Part shown: positions 1-8,650 of the stretch, one piece after another
How the letters are laid out: every line of letters starts with the position of its first letter
Position numbering within the stretch: position 1 is the stretch's first letter
Source of the DNA: Candidatus Hadarchaeales archaeon
GTDB taxonomy: Archaea > Hadarchaeota > Hadarchaeia > Hadarchaeales > Hadarchaeaceae
Reading direction: 5' to 3'
DNA length: 31,366 nt
Assembly (NCBI GenBank): GCA_038851565.1
Contig: JAWCKV010000006.1
Span: forward strand, 1-31,366
Position numbers and translations under genes: made by a program
Notes under the pieces: generated by a model
Database searches by the model: none
The model's input: the letters and a program-made list of their open reading frames with translations, nothing else
What the model was told of the DNA's origin: nothing

Positions 1-37
1 TTTGACCTTAAACCCAACCAGGTCAGCGTGATGCGCT

Positions 38-835
38 TTGCGTAGAGCACTGGACGGCATCTTGGGGATCATGCTCGATCTCGATGGAGTTGTGTGGGTG
101 GGGAAAACTCCGGTGGAAGGGGCTCCGGAGGCCGTGAGTAGGTTGAGGGAAATGGGAAAGAAAATAGTTTTCACAACTAACAACTCCGCGAGGAGCAGGA
201 AAGAATGCATTCGCATGTTGGGGAAGATCGGGATAAGGGCGAGGGAGGAGGAAATAGTCACTTCGGGATACGCAACCGCCGTTTATCTTAGCCGTTTGCG
301 CAGGGAGGTTAGGGCGTACGTCATAGGTGAAAGGGGATTGAAGAGAGAGCTAGTGCAGGTTGGCATAAAAGTTCTTTCCGATGAGAATGCCGGAAATGCG
401 ACCCACCTCATCGTCGGTAAGGACAGCACGATAAATTACAGGAGGATATGGGCGGGATTGAGGGCCCTCATGGGTGGGGCCGAGTTCGTGGCTACCAACA
501 CGGATCCGACGTATCCCACAGAACTGGGCCTTGCGCCCGGAGCCGGAGCGATGTTAGGCGCAATAACCGGATGTTCCGGGAGGACTCCGGATCTGATAAT
601 CGGAAAGCCCTATCTCCCCATGCTTAAGATCGGGCTCGAGATCATGGGCACAACGTCCCGTGAGACAGCCATAATTGGGGACAGGCCAGAAATAGACGTG
701 ATGGCCGGAAAGCTGGCTGGCATGAGGACGATCTTGGTTCTGAGCGGGGTGACCAAGAAAAATGACCTGAAGAGGATGAGGGGGGATATGCGACCCGATT
801 ACGTTTTCGAGAGCCTGATGGAGGTGGTATCTTGA
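38..835 (+). CDS. HAD-superfamily subfamily IIA hydrolase (NagD-like phosphatase)
   Basis: Motif I DLDGV, TNN, GKP and GDRPEID motifs. Stop overlaps the DP2 start (TTGA). Start codon uncertain. Confidence 0.9.
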   Translation: MRRALDGILGIMLDLDGVVWVGKTPVEGAPEAVSRLREMGKKIVFTTNNSARSRKECIRMLGKIGIRAREEEIVTSGYATAVYLSRLRREVRAYVIGERGLKRELVQVGIKVLSDENAGNATHLIVGKDSTINYRRIWAGLRALMGGAEFVATNTDPTYPTELGLAPGAGAMLGAITGCSGRTPDLIIGKPYLPMLKIGLEIMGTTSRETAIIGDRPEIDVMAGKLAGMRTILVLSGVTKKNDLKRMRGDMRPDYVFESLMEVVS

Positions 836-3800
836 GCCGTGCGAATGAAGAGATGAAGGATTACTTCAAGGCCATAGATGAGCATATAGAGAGGATATAC
901 GAGGTTGCGAGAAGGGCGAGGGCGCTCGGGATGGATCCGGAATTTGAGCCGGAGATACCGCGCGCTGGTGACCTGGCCTCAAGGGTGGAGCAGCTTGTGG
1001 GCCCAAAGGGGGTTGCGGATGTCATACGCGAGATGGAGAAGATCATGGACAGGGAAGAGCTGGCCCTCAAGGTTGCCGAGATGGTGATAGATGGAAGATT
1101 TGGCAGGTTGGACGAGGAAAAGGCGGCGGAGCAGGCCCTGAGGACCGCGCTCGCCATCCTGACTGAGGGAATAGTTATCGCTCCTCTTGAGGGGATAACA
1201 AGGGTGGAGATAAGGAGGAACCCTGACAACACGAGATACCTCTCTATATGGTTCGCCAGCCCGATCAGGGCGGCGGGCGGAACAGCAGCCGCGCTCTCCG
1301 TGCTTGCGGGTGACTTCGTGAGGAGGAAGCTCTTTCTGAGCCACTACAAGCCCACCCCGGAGGAGGTGGAGAGGTTCGTGGAGGAGGTTGAGATATACGG
1401 CAGCGTTGTTGCGCACGAGCAGTACAAGCCCCCGGCCGATCACATAAGGCTCGCCATCCAGAACATCCCGGTTGAGATAACAGGGGAGCCAACTGAGAGG
1501 GACGTCACGGTGACGGCCTTCAGGGACATCGAGCGCATAGGGCACAACATGGTCAGGGGAGGGGCAGTTCTCGCGTTGACGGAAGGCGTCCTCCAGAAGG
1601 CTTCAAAGATAATGAAGTACGTGGAGAAGCTCGGGATAGATGGCTGGGGATGGCTCTCCAGCGTTGTTCCTAAGGTTTCAGCCGAAGAGTCCGAGGCTCC
1701 TGTTTTTCCAAAGGGAGACAGGTATCTCAGCGAGGTGATAGCAGGGAGGCCGATATTCTCCCACCCAGGAACCGAGGGGCAGATGGGGAGAAGGGGTGGA
1801 TTCAGGCTCAGGTACGGGCGAGCCAGGAACACCGGAATTGCTGCGATAGGAATTCACCCTGCCACGATGGTCATATGTGACGACTTCATCGCAGTGGGGA
1901 CCCAGCTGAAGGTGGAGCGCCCGGGCAAGGGAGGGGCAGCAGTTCCGGTCGACTCAATAGAGGGGCCTGTGGTCAAGCTCGCGGATGGCTCCGTAATACA
2001 GCTCTCCTCAGCTGAAGAGGCGTTGAGGGTTAGGGATAAAGTGGTTGAGATACTATGCCTCGGAGACATGCTCGTCGGTTACGGGGAATTTCTTGAGAAT
2101 AACCATCCGCTGATGCCCGCAGGATACTGCGAGGAATTATGGAGTCAGGAGGTTGAAAGGGCGCTGGCCGGAAAAAATTTGGGGGAAATAGCTAAACATC
2201 TCCGGGGGCCCTACCCCAGGCCAGATCCCGTGCTTGCGGTCAGGATCTCGGATGAGCTTAAGGTGCCCCTTCACCCCGCATACACTTACCCGTATCATGA
2301 CCTTGAGATAGAGGAACTGGTTGAGCTGGCAAGATGGCTTGTCAGGGGAAAAGCGGAGTTCGACGGTGAGGTGATCAGGAGCCTCAGAGTTCCGGTGGAG
2401 GAAATCCCGAAGAGAATTCTGGAGGAGCTCTGCGTTCCGCACAGGGTGGAGGGCGGTGAGGCGGTCATAGAGGAGCACGCCTATCCTCTCTGCAGATCCC
2501 TTGGGCTCATATCTAATGGATCGCTCTCCCTAGAGAGATTTGAGCGGGTGATGCAGGCGAGCGCATCAAAGGACATAATGGACATCATGCGCGAGCTTGC
2601 AAGATTCCCGATCAGGAAAAAGGCTCCAACCAGAATCGGCGCGAGGATGGGAAGGCCGGAGAAGGCTAAGGAGAGGGAGATGAGTCCGCCCGTTCATGCC
2701 CTTTTTCCGGTCGGGTTTAAGGGAGGGGCAACGCGGAGCATACCAAAGGCGGCGCAGCAGGACTTCATTGAGGTTGAGCTGGCCAACATGGTTTGTCCGA
2801 GCTGCGGATGGTCCGGGTTCACAAGAAGATGTAAAAAATGCGGGGCAAAGGCAGAGCCGGTGAGGCTTTGCCAGAAATGCGGGCGTCCGGTTGAGGATGA
2901 AAGGTGTCCGGTTTGTAATGCCAGGGCGGAGTTCTTCTCTAAGAGACGGATAGACCTGAGGGCGATGTTTGAGGAGGCGCTGGAAAAAATTGGGGAGAGG
3001 TACCCTGATCTCGTTAAGGGAGTCCAGGGGATGACCAGCGATTGGAAGATCCCGGAGCCGCTGGAGAAGGGCATCCTGCGCGCAAAGCACGGAGTTCAGG
3101 TCTTCAAGGATGGCACGGTCCGATTTGATGCGACGAACGTCCCGCTTACCCATTTCAAGCCGAGGGAGATCGGAGTCTCGGTGGAAAAGCTTGTGGAGCT
3201 TGGGTACACTGTTGACATAGATGGAAACCCCCTAGAGCGCGATGACCAGATAGTTGAGCTCAAGGTTCAGGATGTCATCATATCGAAATCGTGCGCTGAG
3301 TACCTCCTTGCGGCATCGAGGTTCGTTGACGAGCTGCTCGAAAAGGTATACGGGCTGGAGCCATATTACATGGCGAAGGACACGAGGGACCTGATAGGGC
3401 ACATAGTTCTCGGTCTGGCTCCCCACACGTCGGTCGGGATAGCCGGGCGCATAATTGGTTTCGTCGATGCCAGCGTTTGCTACGCGCATCCGTTTTTCCA
3501 TGCGGCTAAGAGGAGGGACTGTTTTTCCTATGATGAAACCCTGCCGATTTTCGATGGTTTTGGCTGGAAAATCGTGAAAATAGGCGAGTTCATCGAGGAC
3601 TTATTTAAGAAACATAGGCCGCGAAAAACGGAATTCGGCGATCTGGTGGTTGAGATAGATAAATATCAGACGCTCACATTGACCGATGATCTTAAGTATG
3701 AGCTACGGCCGATTGTTGCTTTCTCGAAACATCCAGAACAGAATCATCTGGTCAAAGTCATCACAAAAGACGGCAGGGAGTTGGTCACGAGCGGCCTGCA

Positions 3801-5682
3801 TCCGTTTTTGGATGAGAATCAACAGAAGGTGCGAGCGTTTGAGGTAAGACAGGTAGTTCGTCCCATGAGGTTCAGCATCAAGGAAAAGGAGGTCAGGGAG
3901 CTGGATTTGTTGGATTATGCGGACGATGAGACAATGGTGGTTGGTGTAAAGGACCGGCTTAAAGAATATTTGGACGCCCACGGACTAAAACAAACGGCGG
4001 AGAAAATTGGTCTGCCCAAAACCACTTTATTTGACTATTACATGAGGGACTCCGTGCCAGCGAGAGTTTTGGTGAGCTTGGGGATACAGATACCGGCTGA
4101 TGCGAGGCTCAAGGCCCGGCACGATACGGTGATCCTGCCGAGGCTGATAAAAGTGGACAGGGACTTCCTGAGGCTCCTTGGGCTTTACGTTGCGGAGGGC
4201 CATCTCAGAAAAGAGGAGGGTTCCTTTTACCAGGTTTCCTTTGCAGTGACCCGAAACAAAAGGGAGGTCGAGCGGGCCATAGCTAAAGTGTTTGGCATAT
4301 CACCTTCAAGGAGCAAATACGCGGTCACCATTTCCTCGCGCCTTGTTTACAACTTATTCAAAGGTCTAGGCTGCGGGGAAAGGGCGGAGGAAAAGCGTGT
4401 CCCGAGTTTTGTGTTGTCGCTGCCCCTCGATCAGGTCAAGTACTTCTTACAGGGGTACTTCGAAGGGGACGGTGGTATAAGCAAACCTTGTGGAAAAGGG
4501 AGCACACCAGAAGTTTCATGCACTTCGGCAAGTAAGATGCTGTTGAGGGATATCGAATTTCTCCTTACCAGGTTTGGGCTCCCCTGTAGCTGGCAGAAGG
4601 ATCAAAGACGTATGGGCACAGGGAAGGTCGCGGATTTCTATAAAAAGAGGGGGCGCGTGCTTGAATGGACCTGTTACAAGTTGAGAATGTATGGCTCCAC
4701 AGCGCGGGAATTTTGTGAGAAGATAGGTTTTTGGTGGCCTGGAAAGCGCCGGAAGGCGGAGAGGATACTGAAAGGCCATAAGTTCAGATCTAAGAGGCTG
4801 GACCGGCGCGGGGATGCCGTCGTCAGCGCAGTGAAGGAAATAAGAATAGAACGTTCGCCTCAGCCGCTTTATAACTTCACGGTCAAGGAAACCCACAACG
4901 CAATCGTTTCTGGCTGTTCGGTGAAACAGTGCGATGGCGACGAAGACTGCGTAATGTTGCTGCTCGATGCCCTGCTGAACTTCAGCAAGCGCTTCCTGCC
5001 GTCAAAGCGCGGTGGGACAATGGATGCCCCCCTGATTCTCAACACCCGCATCAATCCCACCGAGATAGACAAGCAGGCCCACAACATGGACGTGATGAAA
5101 GCGTATCCGCTGGAGTTCTACGAGGCAACCCTCCGCTACGCAAGGCCGCAGGAGGTCCTGGAATTGATGACAACCGCGGGCAGGAAAATAGGGACCGAGA
5201 ACGAGTACAGTGGGTTTGGGTTTTCCAGTGAAACCACCGATATCTCGGCGGGCCCGAAATCCACCAGGTATGCCACACTTGCCACGATGGAGGAAAAGAT
5301 ATCCGCCCAGTTGACTCTGGCGCGAAAGATCCGTGCCGTGGACGAGAGGGATGTGGCAGAGCGCCTCATCAAACACCACTTCATACCGGATCTCAAGGGC
5401 AACCTGAGGACCTTTGCCACGCAGAAGTTCAGGTGCACCTCCTGCAACCAGACCCACCGCAGGATACCTCTCTCGGGAAAGTGCACCAGATGCGGCGGAA
5501 AGCTGGTCCTCACCGTGACCAGGGGGGGCGTGGAGAAGTACCTGCGGGTGGCTATGGATGTCGCTGAGGAATATCACGTCAGCGAGTACACAAAGCAGAG
5601 GCTGGAGCTGACCAGGAAGGACATAGAGTCGATGTTTGAAAGCGATGCCTCAAAACAGTTGAGCCTGGCGGATTTCCTGTGA
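832..5682 (+). CDS. polC: DNA polymerase D large subunit DP2, intein-containing
   Basis: PIRAAGGT, GFRLRYGRARNTG, RMGRPEK, FKDGTVRFD, and catalytic HAAKRR.../CDGDED split by an intein. Zn fingers present. C-terminal PIP-box-like QLSLADFL. TTG start. Confidence 0.97.
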   Translation: MSRANEEMKDYFKAIDEHIERIYEVARRARALGMDPEFEPEIPRAGDLASRVEQLVGPKGVADVIREMEKIMDREELALKVAEMVIDGRFGRLDEEKAAEQALRTALAILTEGIVIAPLEGITRVEIRRNPDNTRYLSIWFASPIRAAGGTAAALSVLAGDFVRRKLFLSHYKPTPEEVERFVEEVEIYGSVVAHEQYKPPADHIRLAIQNIPVEITGEPTERDVTVTAFRDIERIGHNMVRGGAVLALTEGVLQKASKIMKYVEKLGIDGWGWLSSVVPKVSAEESEAPVFPKGDRYLSEVIAGRPIFSHPGTEGQMGRRGGFRLRYGRARNTGIAAIGIHPATMVICDDFIAVGTQLKVERPGKGGAAVPVDSIEGPVVKLADGSVIQLSSAEEALRVRDKVVEILCLGDMLVGYGEFLENNHPLMPAGYCEELWSQEVERALAGKNLGEIAKHLRGPYPRPDPVLAVRISDELKVPLHPAYTYPYHDLEIEELVELARWLVRGKAEFDGEVIRSLRVPVEEIPKRILEELCVPHRVEGGEAVIEEHAYPLCRSLGLISNGSLSLERFERVMQASASKDIMDIMRELARFPIRKKAPTRIGARMGRPEKAKEREMSPPVHALFPVGFKGGATRSIPKAAQQDFIEVELANMVCPSCGWSGFTRRCKKCGAKAEPVRLCQKCGRPVEDERCPVCNARAEFFSKRRIDLRAMFEEALEKIGERYPDLVKGVQGMTSDWKIPEPLEKGILRAKHGVQVFKDGTVRFDATNVPLTHFKPREIGVSVEKLVELGYTVDIDGNPLERDDQIVELKVQDVIISKSCAEYLLAASRFVDELLEKVYGLEPYYMAKDTRDLIGHIVLGLAPHTSVGIAGRIIGFVDASVCYAHPFFHAAKRRDCFSYDETLPIFDGFGWKIVKIGEFIEDLFKKHRPRKTEFGDLVVEIDKYQTLTLTDDLKYELRPIVAFSKHPEQNHLVKVITKDGRELVTSGLHPFLDENQQKVRAFEVRQVVRPMRFSIKEKEVRELDLLDYADDETMVVGVKDRLKEYLDAHGLKQTAEKIGLPKTTLFDYYMRDSVPARVLVSLGIQIPADARLKARHDTVILPRLIKVDRDFLRLLGLYVAEGHLRKEEGSFYQVSFAVTRNKREVERAIAKVFGISPSRSKYAVTISSRLVYNLFKGLGCGERAEEKRVPSFVLSLPLDQVKYFLQGYFEGDGGISKPCGKGSTPEVSCTSASKMLLRDIEFLLTRFGLPCSWQKDQRRMGTGKVADFYKKRGRVLEWTCYKLRMYGSTAREFCEKIGFWWPGKRRKAERILKGHKFRSKRLDRRGDAVVSAVKEIRIERSPQPLYNFTVKETHNAIVSGCSVKQCDGDEDCVMLLLDALLNFSKRFLPSKRGGTMDAPLILNTRINPTEIDKQAHNMDVMKAYPLEFYEATLRYARPQEVLELMTTAGRKIGTENEYSGFGFSSETTDISAGPKSTRYATLATMEEKISAQLTLARKIRAVDERDVAERLIKHHFIPDLKGNLRTFATQKFRCTSCNQTHRRIPLSGKCTRCGGKLVLTVTRGGVEKYLRVAMDVAEEYHVSEYTKQRLELTRKDIESMFESDASKQLSLADFL
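3520..4929 (+). mobile_element. Intein (470 aa) with LAGLIDADG homing endonuclease domain in DP2
   Basis: Inserted at KRRD|C...Q|CDGDED. Block A CFSYDETL, block B VTSGLHPF, endonuclease motifs LLGLYVAEG and FLQGYFEGDG, block F LYNFTVKETHN, C-terminus SVKQ followed by Cys+1. Confidence 0.95.
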
Positions 5683-5716
5683 TTTATTATTTATCATGGA
5701 GAAGTTCTAATTAGGT

Positions 5717-5807
5717 GCCGGGGTAGCGAAGCCAGGTCCAACGCGCCAGACTCGAGATCTGGTTCTCCTAACGGAGATCAGGGGTTCAAATCCCCTCCCC
5801 GGCGCCA
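5717..5807 (+). tRNA. tRNA-Ser(CGA)
   Basis: Acceptor GCCGGGG/CCCCGGC, anticodon arm CCAGA-CT-CGA-GA-TCTGG, long variable arm TCTCC-TAAC-GGAGA, T loop GTTCAAATC, G73, encoded CCA. AT-rich TATA-like tract at about 5683-5694. Confidence 0.95.
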
Positions 5808-5839
5808 TGACCTATCCACGCTAGATCTCCACAAAGCTT

Positions 5840-5876
5840 ATTAGTCAAAAACGACTTACATTAGTCAAAAGTGACG
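5840..5876 (+). promoter_or_regulatory. Tandem palindromic operator-like repeats upstream of the MNT gene
   Basis: ATTAGTCAAAA at 5840-5850 and 5860-5870 (20-bp period). Each unit is GTC-N6-GAC (AGTCAAAAACGACT; AGTCAAAAGTGACG). SD GGTGA follows at 5876-5880. Confidence 0.6.
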
Positions 5877-5884
5877 GTGATAAA

Positions 5885-6496
5885 ATGCGCTTCACGAAAT
5901 ACCTTGAAGATCTCTTGGGCACAAAATCAGACATTAAAATTCTTCGCACATTATGTGAATATCCTACCAAAGAGTTCAACGAGAGCGAGCTGGCGAGGGT
6001 ATCGAGAGTTGGGCAGAAGACCGTGAACCGCATGATGCCAAAATACGTTGGTTATGGTATCGTTAATGTCAGGACAATTGGGCGAGCGAATGTTTACAGT
6101 TTGAACTCCGAGCATTACATAGTCAAGCAGCTCATGCAGTTGTTTAAGGCAGAAAGTGTGGCCAGGTTGGAACTGGAACGTCGGCTCAGGGAAGCCTTCA
6201 AGGATGATGAGGATATCATATCGCTTGTGGTCTTTGGCAGTCTCGCGCGGGGAGAAGAGAAACCAACTTCTGATATCGATGTTTTCGTCGTTGCCGAAGA
6301 TAAAGAAGGGGTAAAAAATAGGCTACAGGCGGTGGAGGAAATCACGATGAAAGAGTTTGGCAATGTGATCTCGGAATACATCCTGACGCCTGAAGAGTTC
6401 AGACGAAAGCGGAAAGCCCAGGCCATTAAAGAGATCTTGGCCCATGGAGTGCTGATAGTTGGAAAACCTCTGGGGGAAAAAGATGCCGGCTATTAG
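5885..6496 (+). CDS. Winged-HTH + minimal nucleotidyltransferase (MNT) antitoxin-like protein
   Basis: N-terminal HTH/wing (FNESELARVSRVGQKTV...GIVNVRTIGRANVYSLN). C-terminal GS-x10-DxD motif FGSLARGEEKPTSDIDV. Confidence 0.88.
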   Translation: MRFTKYLEDLLGTKSDIKILRTLCEYPTKEFNESELARVSRVGQKTVNRMMPKYVGYGIVNVRTIGRANVYSLNSEHYIVKQLMQLFKAESVARLELERRLREAFKDDEDIISLVVFGSLARGEEKPTSDIDVFVVAEDKEGVKNRLQAVEEITMKEFGNVISEYILTPEEFRRKRKAQAIKEILAHGVLIVGKPLGEKDAGY

Positions 6497-6896
6497 GACA
6501 AAATCCGTTTTGAAAGACTCGTACAAAGTTTTTCTCCAAAAATCGGAGGAGTTTTTGGATGCCGCGAAGTATTCGCTTTCTAAAAACAGCTTCAATGCGG
6601 CCGCCGGATGCGCCGCCCACGCAGCGATAAGCGCCCTTGACTCCCTCGCAGCGTTTTACCTGCAGCGAAAGCATGCAGGGGAAAAACACGAAGATGCAGC
6701 CCACCTTTTCAAGGAGAGAGGAATAGCTGAGCTTGAAGGCAGGGAAAAGGCAGCCGGCCAGTTCAGGAACATCGTTAGAATCAAGGGGCTTGCGGAGTAT
6801 GAGCAAAGAGAGGTCTTTAAGGGGGAGGCAGAAGAGGCGGTGAAAGCTGCAGAACGGTTTCTTGGCTGGGTTAAGAAAAATATGCCGGGGCTCTGA
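6483..6896 (+). CDS. HEPN domain protein (MNT-HEPN pair)
   Basis: All-helical pattern FLQKSEEFLDAAK...AAHAAISALD...KH...LAEY...AEEAVKAAERFL. Overlaps the MNT stop. ATG at 6483 chosen over the ORF-track start at 6459. Confidence 0.85.
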   Translation: MPAIRTKSVLKDSYKVFLQKSEEFLDAAKYSLSKNSFNAAAGCAAHAAISALDSLAAFYLQRKHAGEKHEDAAHLFKERGIAELEGREKAAGQFRNIVRIKGLAEYEQREVFKGEAEEAVKAAERFLGWVKKNMPGL

Positions 6897-6901
6897 ACCA
6901 A

Positions 6902-6922
6902 GCTCAAACCCCTCCGGCGCCA
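6902..6922 (+). repeat. Degenerate direct repeat of the tRNA-Ser 3' end (att-like)
   Basis: GCTCAAACCCCTCCGGCGCCA versus tRNA 5784-5807 GTTCAAATCCCCTCCCCGGCGCCA (one substitution, three missing bases). Confidence 0.65.
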
Positions 6923-6927
6923 GGAGT

Positions 6928-7530
6928 TCAGAGTTTCCACTCCTCAACTTCCCCGCCCGGTTCCCTCTCGGAGAATATCTGCGCGGAGAACCGGCTGATC
7001 CTCGTGCCTTTCTCCAGCCAGGCGTCCGGCGGAAGCCCTGCCTTCATGCAGGCGTGGGATAGAAACTCCTCGGAATCCCATCCCCACTCAACGGGGACCT
7101 GCGGAAGGAGCAGGCCGGCGTATGCCCCTCGCTCCACGATCAAGCCATCCCTGCCTATTACCACGTGCCTTGGGTAATCGGATGGGCGCTCGACCTTTAT
7201 CAGCTCAGGCTCGGTCAGGACGCTCACCTCTATCTCTATTTTTTCAAGCTCGTCGGGTGAGACGGGAGGAAATCGGGGATCCCTTGTCGCGGAGCTTATC
7301 GCAGCGTCTATAGTTGCCTCTATGAGAGGCAGCTGGGGGAGGGGATGACCTATGCACCCCCTGAGCTCTCCGTTCATCGTCAAAGTGACAAAAACTCCCA
7401 TCTTCCTCTTCAGCCTCTCGGATACCCTCGGCGGACGGATCACCGTTCCATCCCTGATGTATCCCTCCACGGCCTGCCTTGCAACCTTTACCAGTATTTT
7501 GCCCTCCTCAAGGCTCAACAAGGAGATCAC
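6928..7530 (-). CDS. AMMECR1 domain protein (TIGR00296-like)
   Basis: GVFVTL, LRGCIG, DPRFPPV, EVSVLT, GRDGL, GLLLPQV and KAGL motifs. Confidence 0.93.
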   Translation of the reverse strand: MISLLSLEEGKILVKVARQAVEGYIRDGTVIRPPRVSERLKRKMGVFVTLTMNGELRGCIGHPLPQLPLIEATIDAAISSATRDPRFPPVSPDELEKIEIEVSVLTEPELIKVERPSDYPRHVVIGRDGLIVERGAYAGLLLPQVPVEWGWDSEEFLSHACMKAGLPPDAWLEKGTRISRFSAQIFSEREPGGEVEEWKL

Positions 7531-8018
7531 TTCATCAACTGGTTATACCTCTTCACAACTTTAAGTATGCTCCTCCACTGCTTTCCCTTCCAGTACGCCT
7601 TTCCGCAGCTTTTGCACCTCCAGAACTCATCCTGTTCTTCAAGCACCCTCCTTGGAACAACTTCGGCCACGGATTTCTTCTCGGCACGGACGAGTTCTCC
7701 ATTACATGCCGGGCACCTCGCCTTTTCCGGATCGAGATCTATCCTTCTCCCGGTCTTTCTGCAGAGCTCAACCATCTGCGAGACAACCTCACCTGGTCCG
7801 ATGAACGTGCTCCTCACGCCCGACTTCCTCGCCTTGATGTGGAGCCCGAGGTCGGATGTCAGGAGCTCCCTGTCCTCGGACCTTGCGAGATCTATTAGAA
7901 ATGAATCCTGTCTCTCGGGGGGAAGGTTCAGGTCTCCAACGTACACCACATCGCAGCCGGCGAGCCTCAGCCATCTCGTCAGCTTCCCGAGCATCCCGTC
8001 CGTGACGAACCTGCCCAT
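7527..8018 (-). CDS. Mut7-C RNase domain protein (DUF82)
   Basis: DGMLGKLTRWLRLAG-D N-terminus, LLTSD, RCPACNGEL and FWRCKSCGKAYW Zn ribbon. Confidence 0.9.
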   Translation of the reverse strand: MGRFVTDGMLGKLTRWLRLAGCDVVYVGDLNLPPERQDSFLIDLARSEDRELLTSDLGLHIKARKSGVRSTFIGPGEVVSQMVELCRKTGRRIDLDPEKARCPACNGELVRAEKKSVAEVVPRRVLEEQDEFWRCKSCGKAYWKGKQWRSILKVVKRYNQLMK

Positions 8019-8068
8019 CGGTCTACACTCGTTCTCATCAAAGGTAAGTTTTTTCTTTATCCGCTGCG

Positions 8069-8440
8069 ATGGAATACGGTGAGCGGTTGAGACAGAGAAT
8101 TCAGGTCAAGTGCCCGCTTTGCGGGAAGACGTTTGACCTTGAGGTGGATGTCACAGCTTACGTCACGGCGGAGCCAGCCCCGCCGCAGCCGAGGGCACGC
8201 ACGGCCCTTGTCCTTAGGGGGCACGAGGCAAAGGTGGATTTCGTCCTAAGGGCCATGAGGGCGCTTGCGAGCAAGGATCCGAGCGGAATGGTGGAGGTCG
8301 AGGAGATCGCTGAGATAGCTGAGAAGGTCGGGCTCGGCAGGAATGACGTGGAGGAGATCCTCGCTGAGGAGAAGGGCGCGGGGAGGATTTACGAGCCAAA
8401 GCCGGGTTTCGTGAGCTTCACGTCTCCGCCGAGGTCCTAG
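8069..8440 (+). CDS. Hypothetical protein: N-terminal CxxC, Pro-rich linker, C-terminal winged helix
   Basis: CPLCG motif. C-terminus VEEILAEEKGAGRIYEPKPGFV resembles MCM/RPA-type terminal winged helix. Codon usage is host-like. Confidence 0.75.
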   Translation: MEYGERLRQRIQVKCPLCGKTFDLEVDVTAYVTAEPAPPQPRARTALVLRGHEAKVDFVLRAMRALASKDPSGMVEVEEIAEIAEKVGLGRNDVEEILAEEKGAGRIYEPKPGFVSFTSPPRS

Positions 8441-8577
8441 TCCTCAGGAGTTATATCCAGATCCTCGTCGAGTTTTCCCAGAAGATCCCTTATCTCCCTT
8501 TCCTCCAGTTTTCTCCTCTTCTCGCTCCCCTTTCTCTCCTTGTCACGACGTCTGAAACGTCGCAAGGGGAACACCAC
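8437..8577 (-). CDS. Putative 46-aa highly charged small protein (not in ORF track)
   Basis: GTG start, MVFPLRRFRRRDKERKGSEKRRKLEEREIRDLLGKLDEDLDITPED*. Purine-rich host-like codons, upstream GAGGGAG, stop overlaps the convergent gene's stop (CTAG). Confidence 0.55.
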   Translation of the reverse strand: MVFPLRRFRRRDKERKGSEKRRKLEEREIRDLLGKLDEDLDITPED

Positions 8578-8650
8578 TATGATATATCTCCCTCAGCGCA
8601 AAAATGTTTTTCCTTTTATAAACTACCTCTGGAGAAGTTGGATGGGGAGA

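Noticed and set aside
8540..8641. N-terminal extensions of the reductase (from 8540) and of IdsA (from 17412)
   Set aside because: They run through a promoter region or the upstream gene. Family similarity and SD sites favour the later starts.
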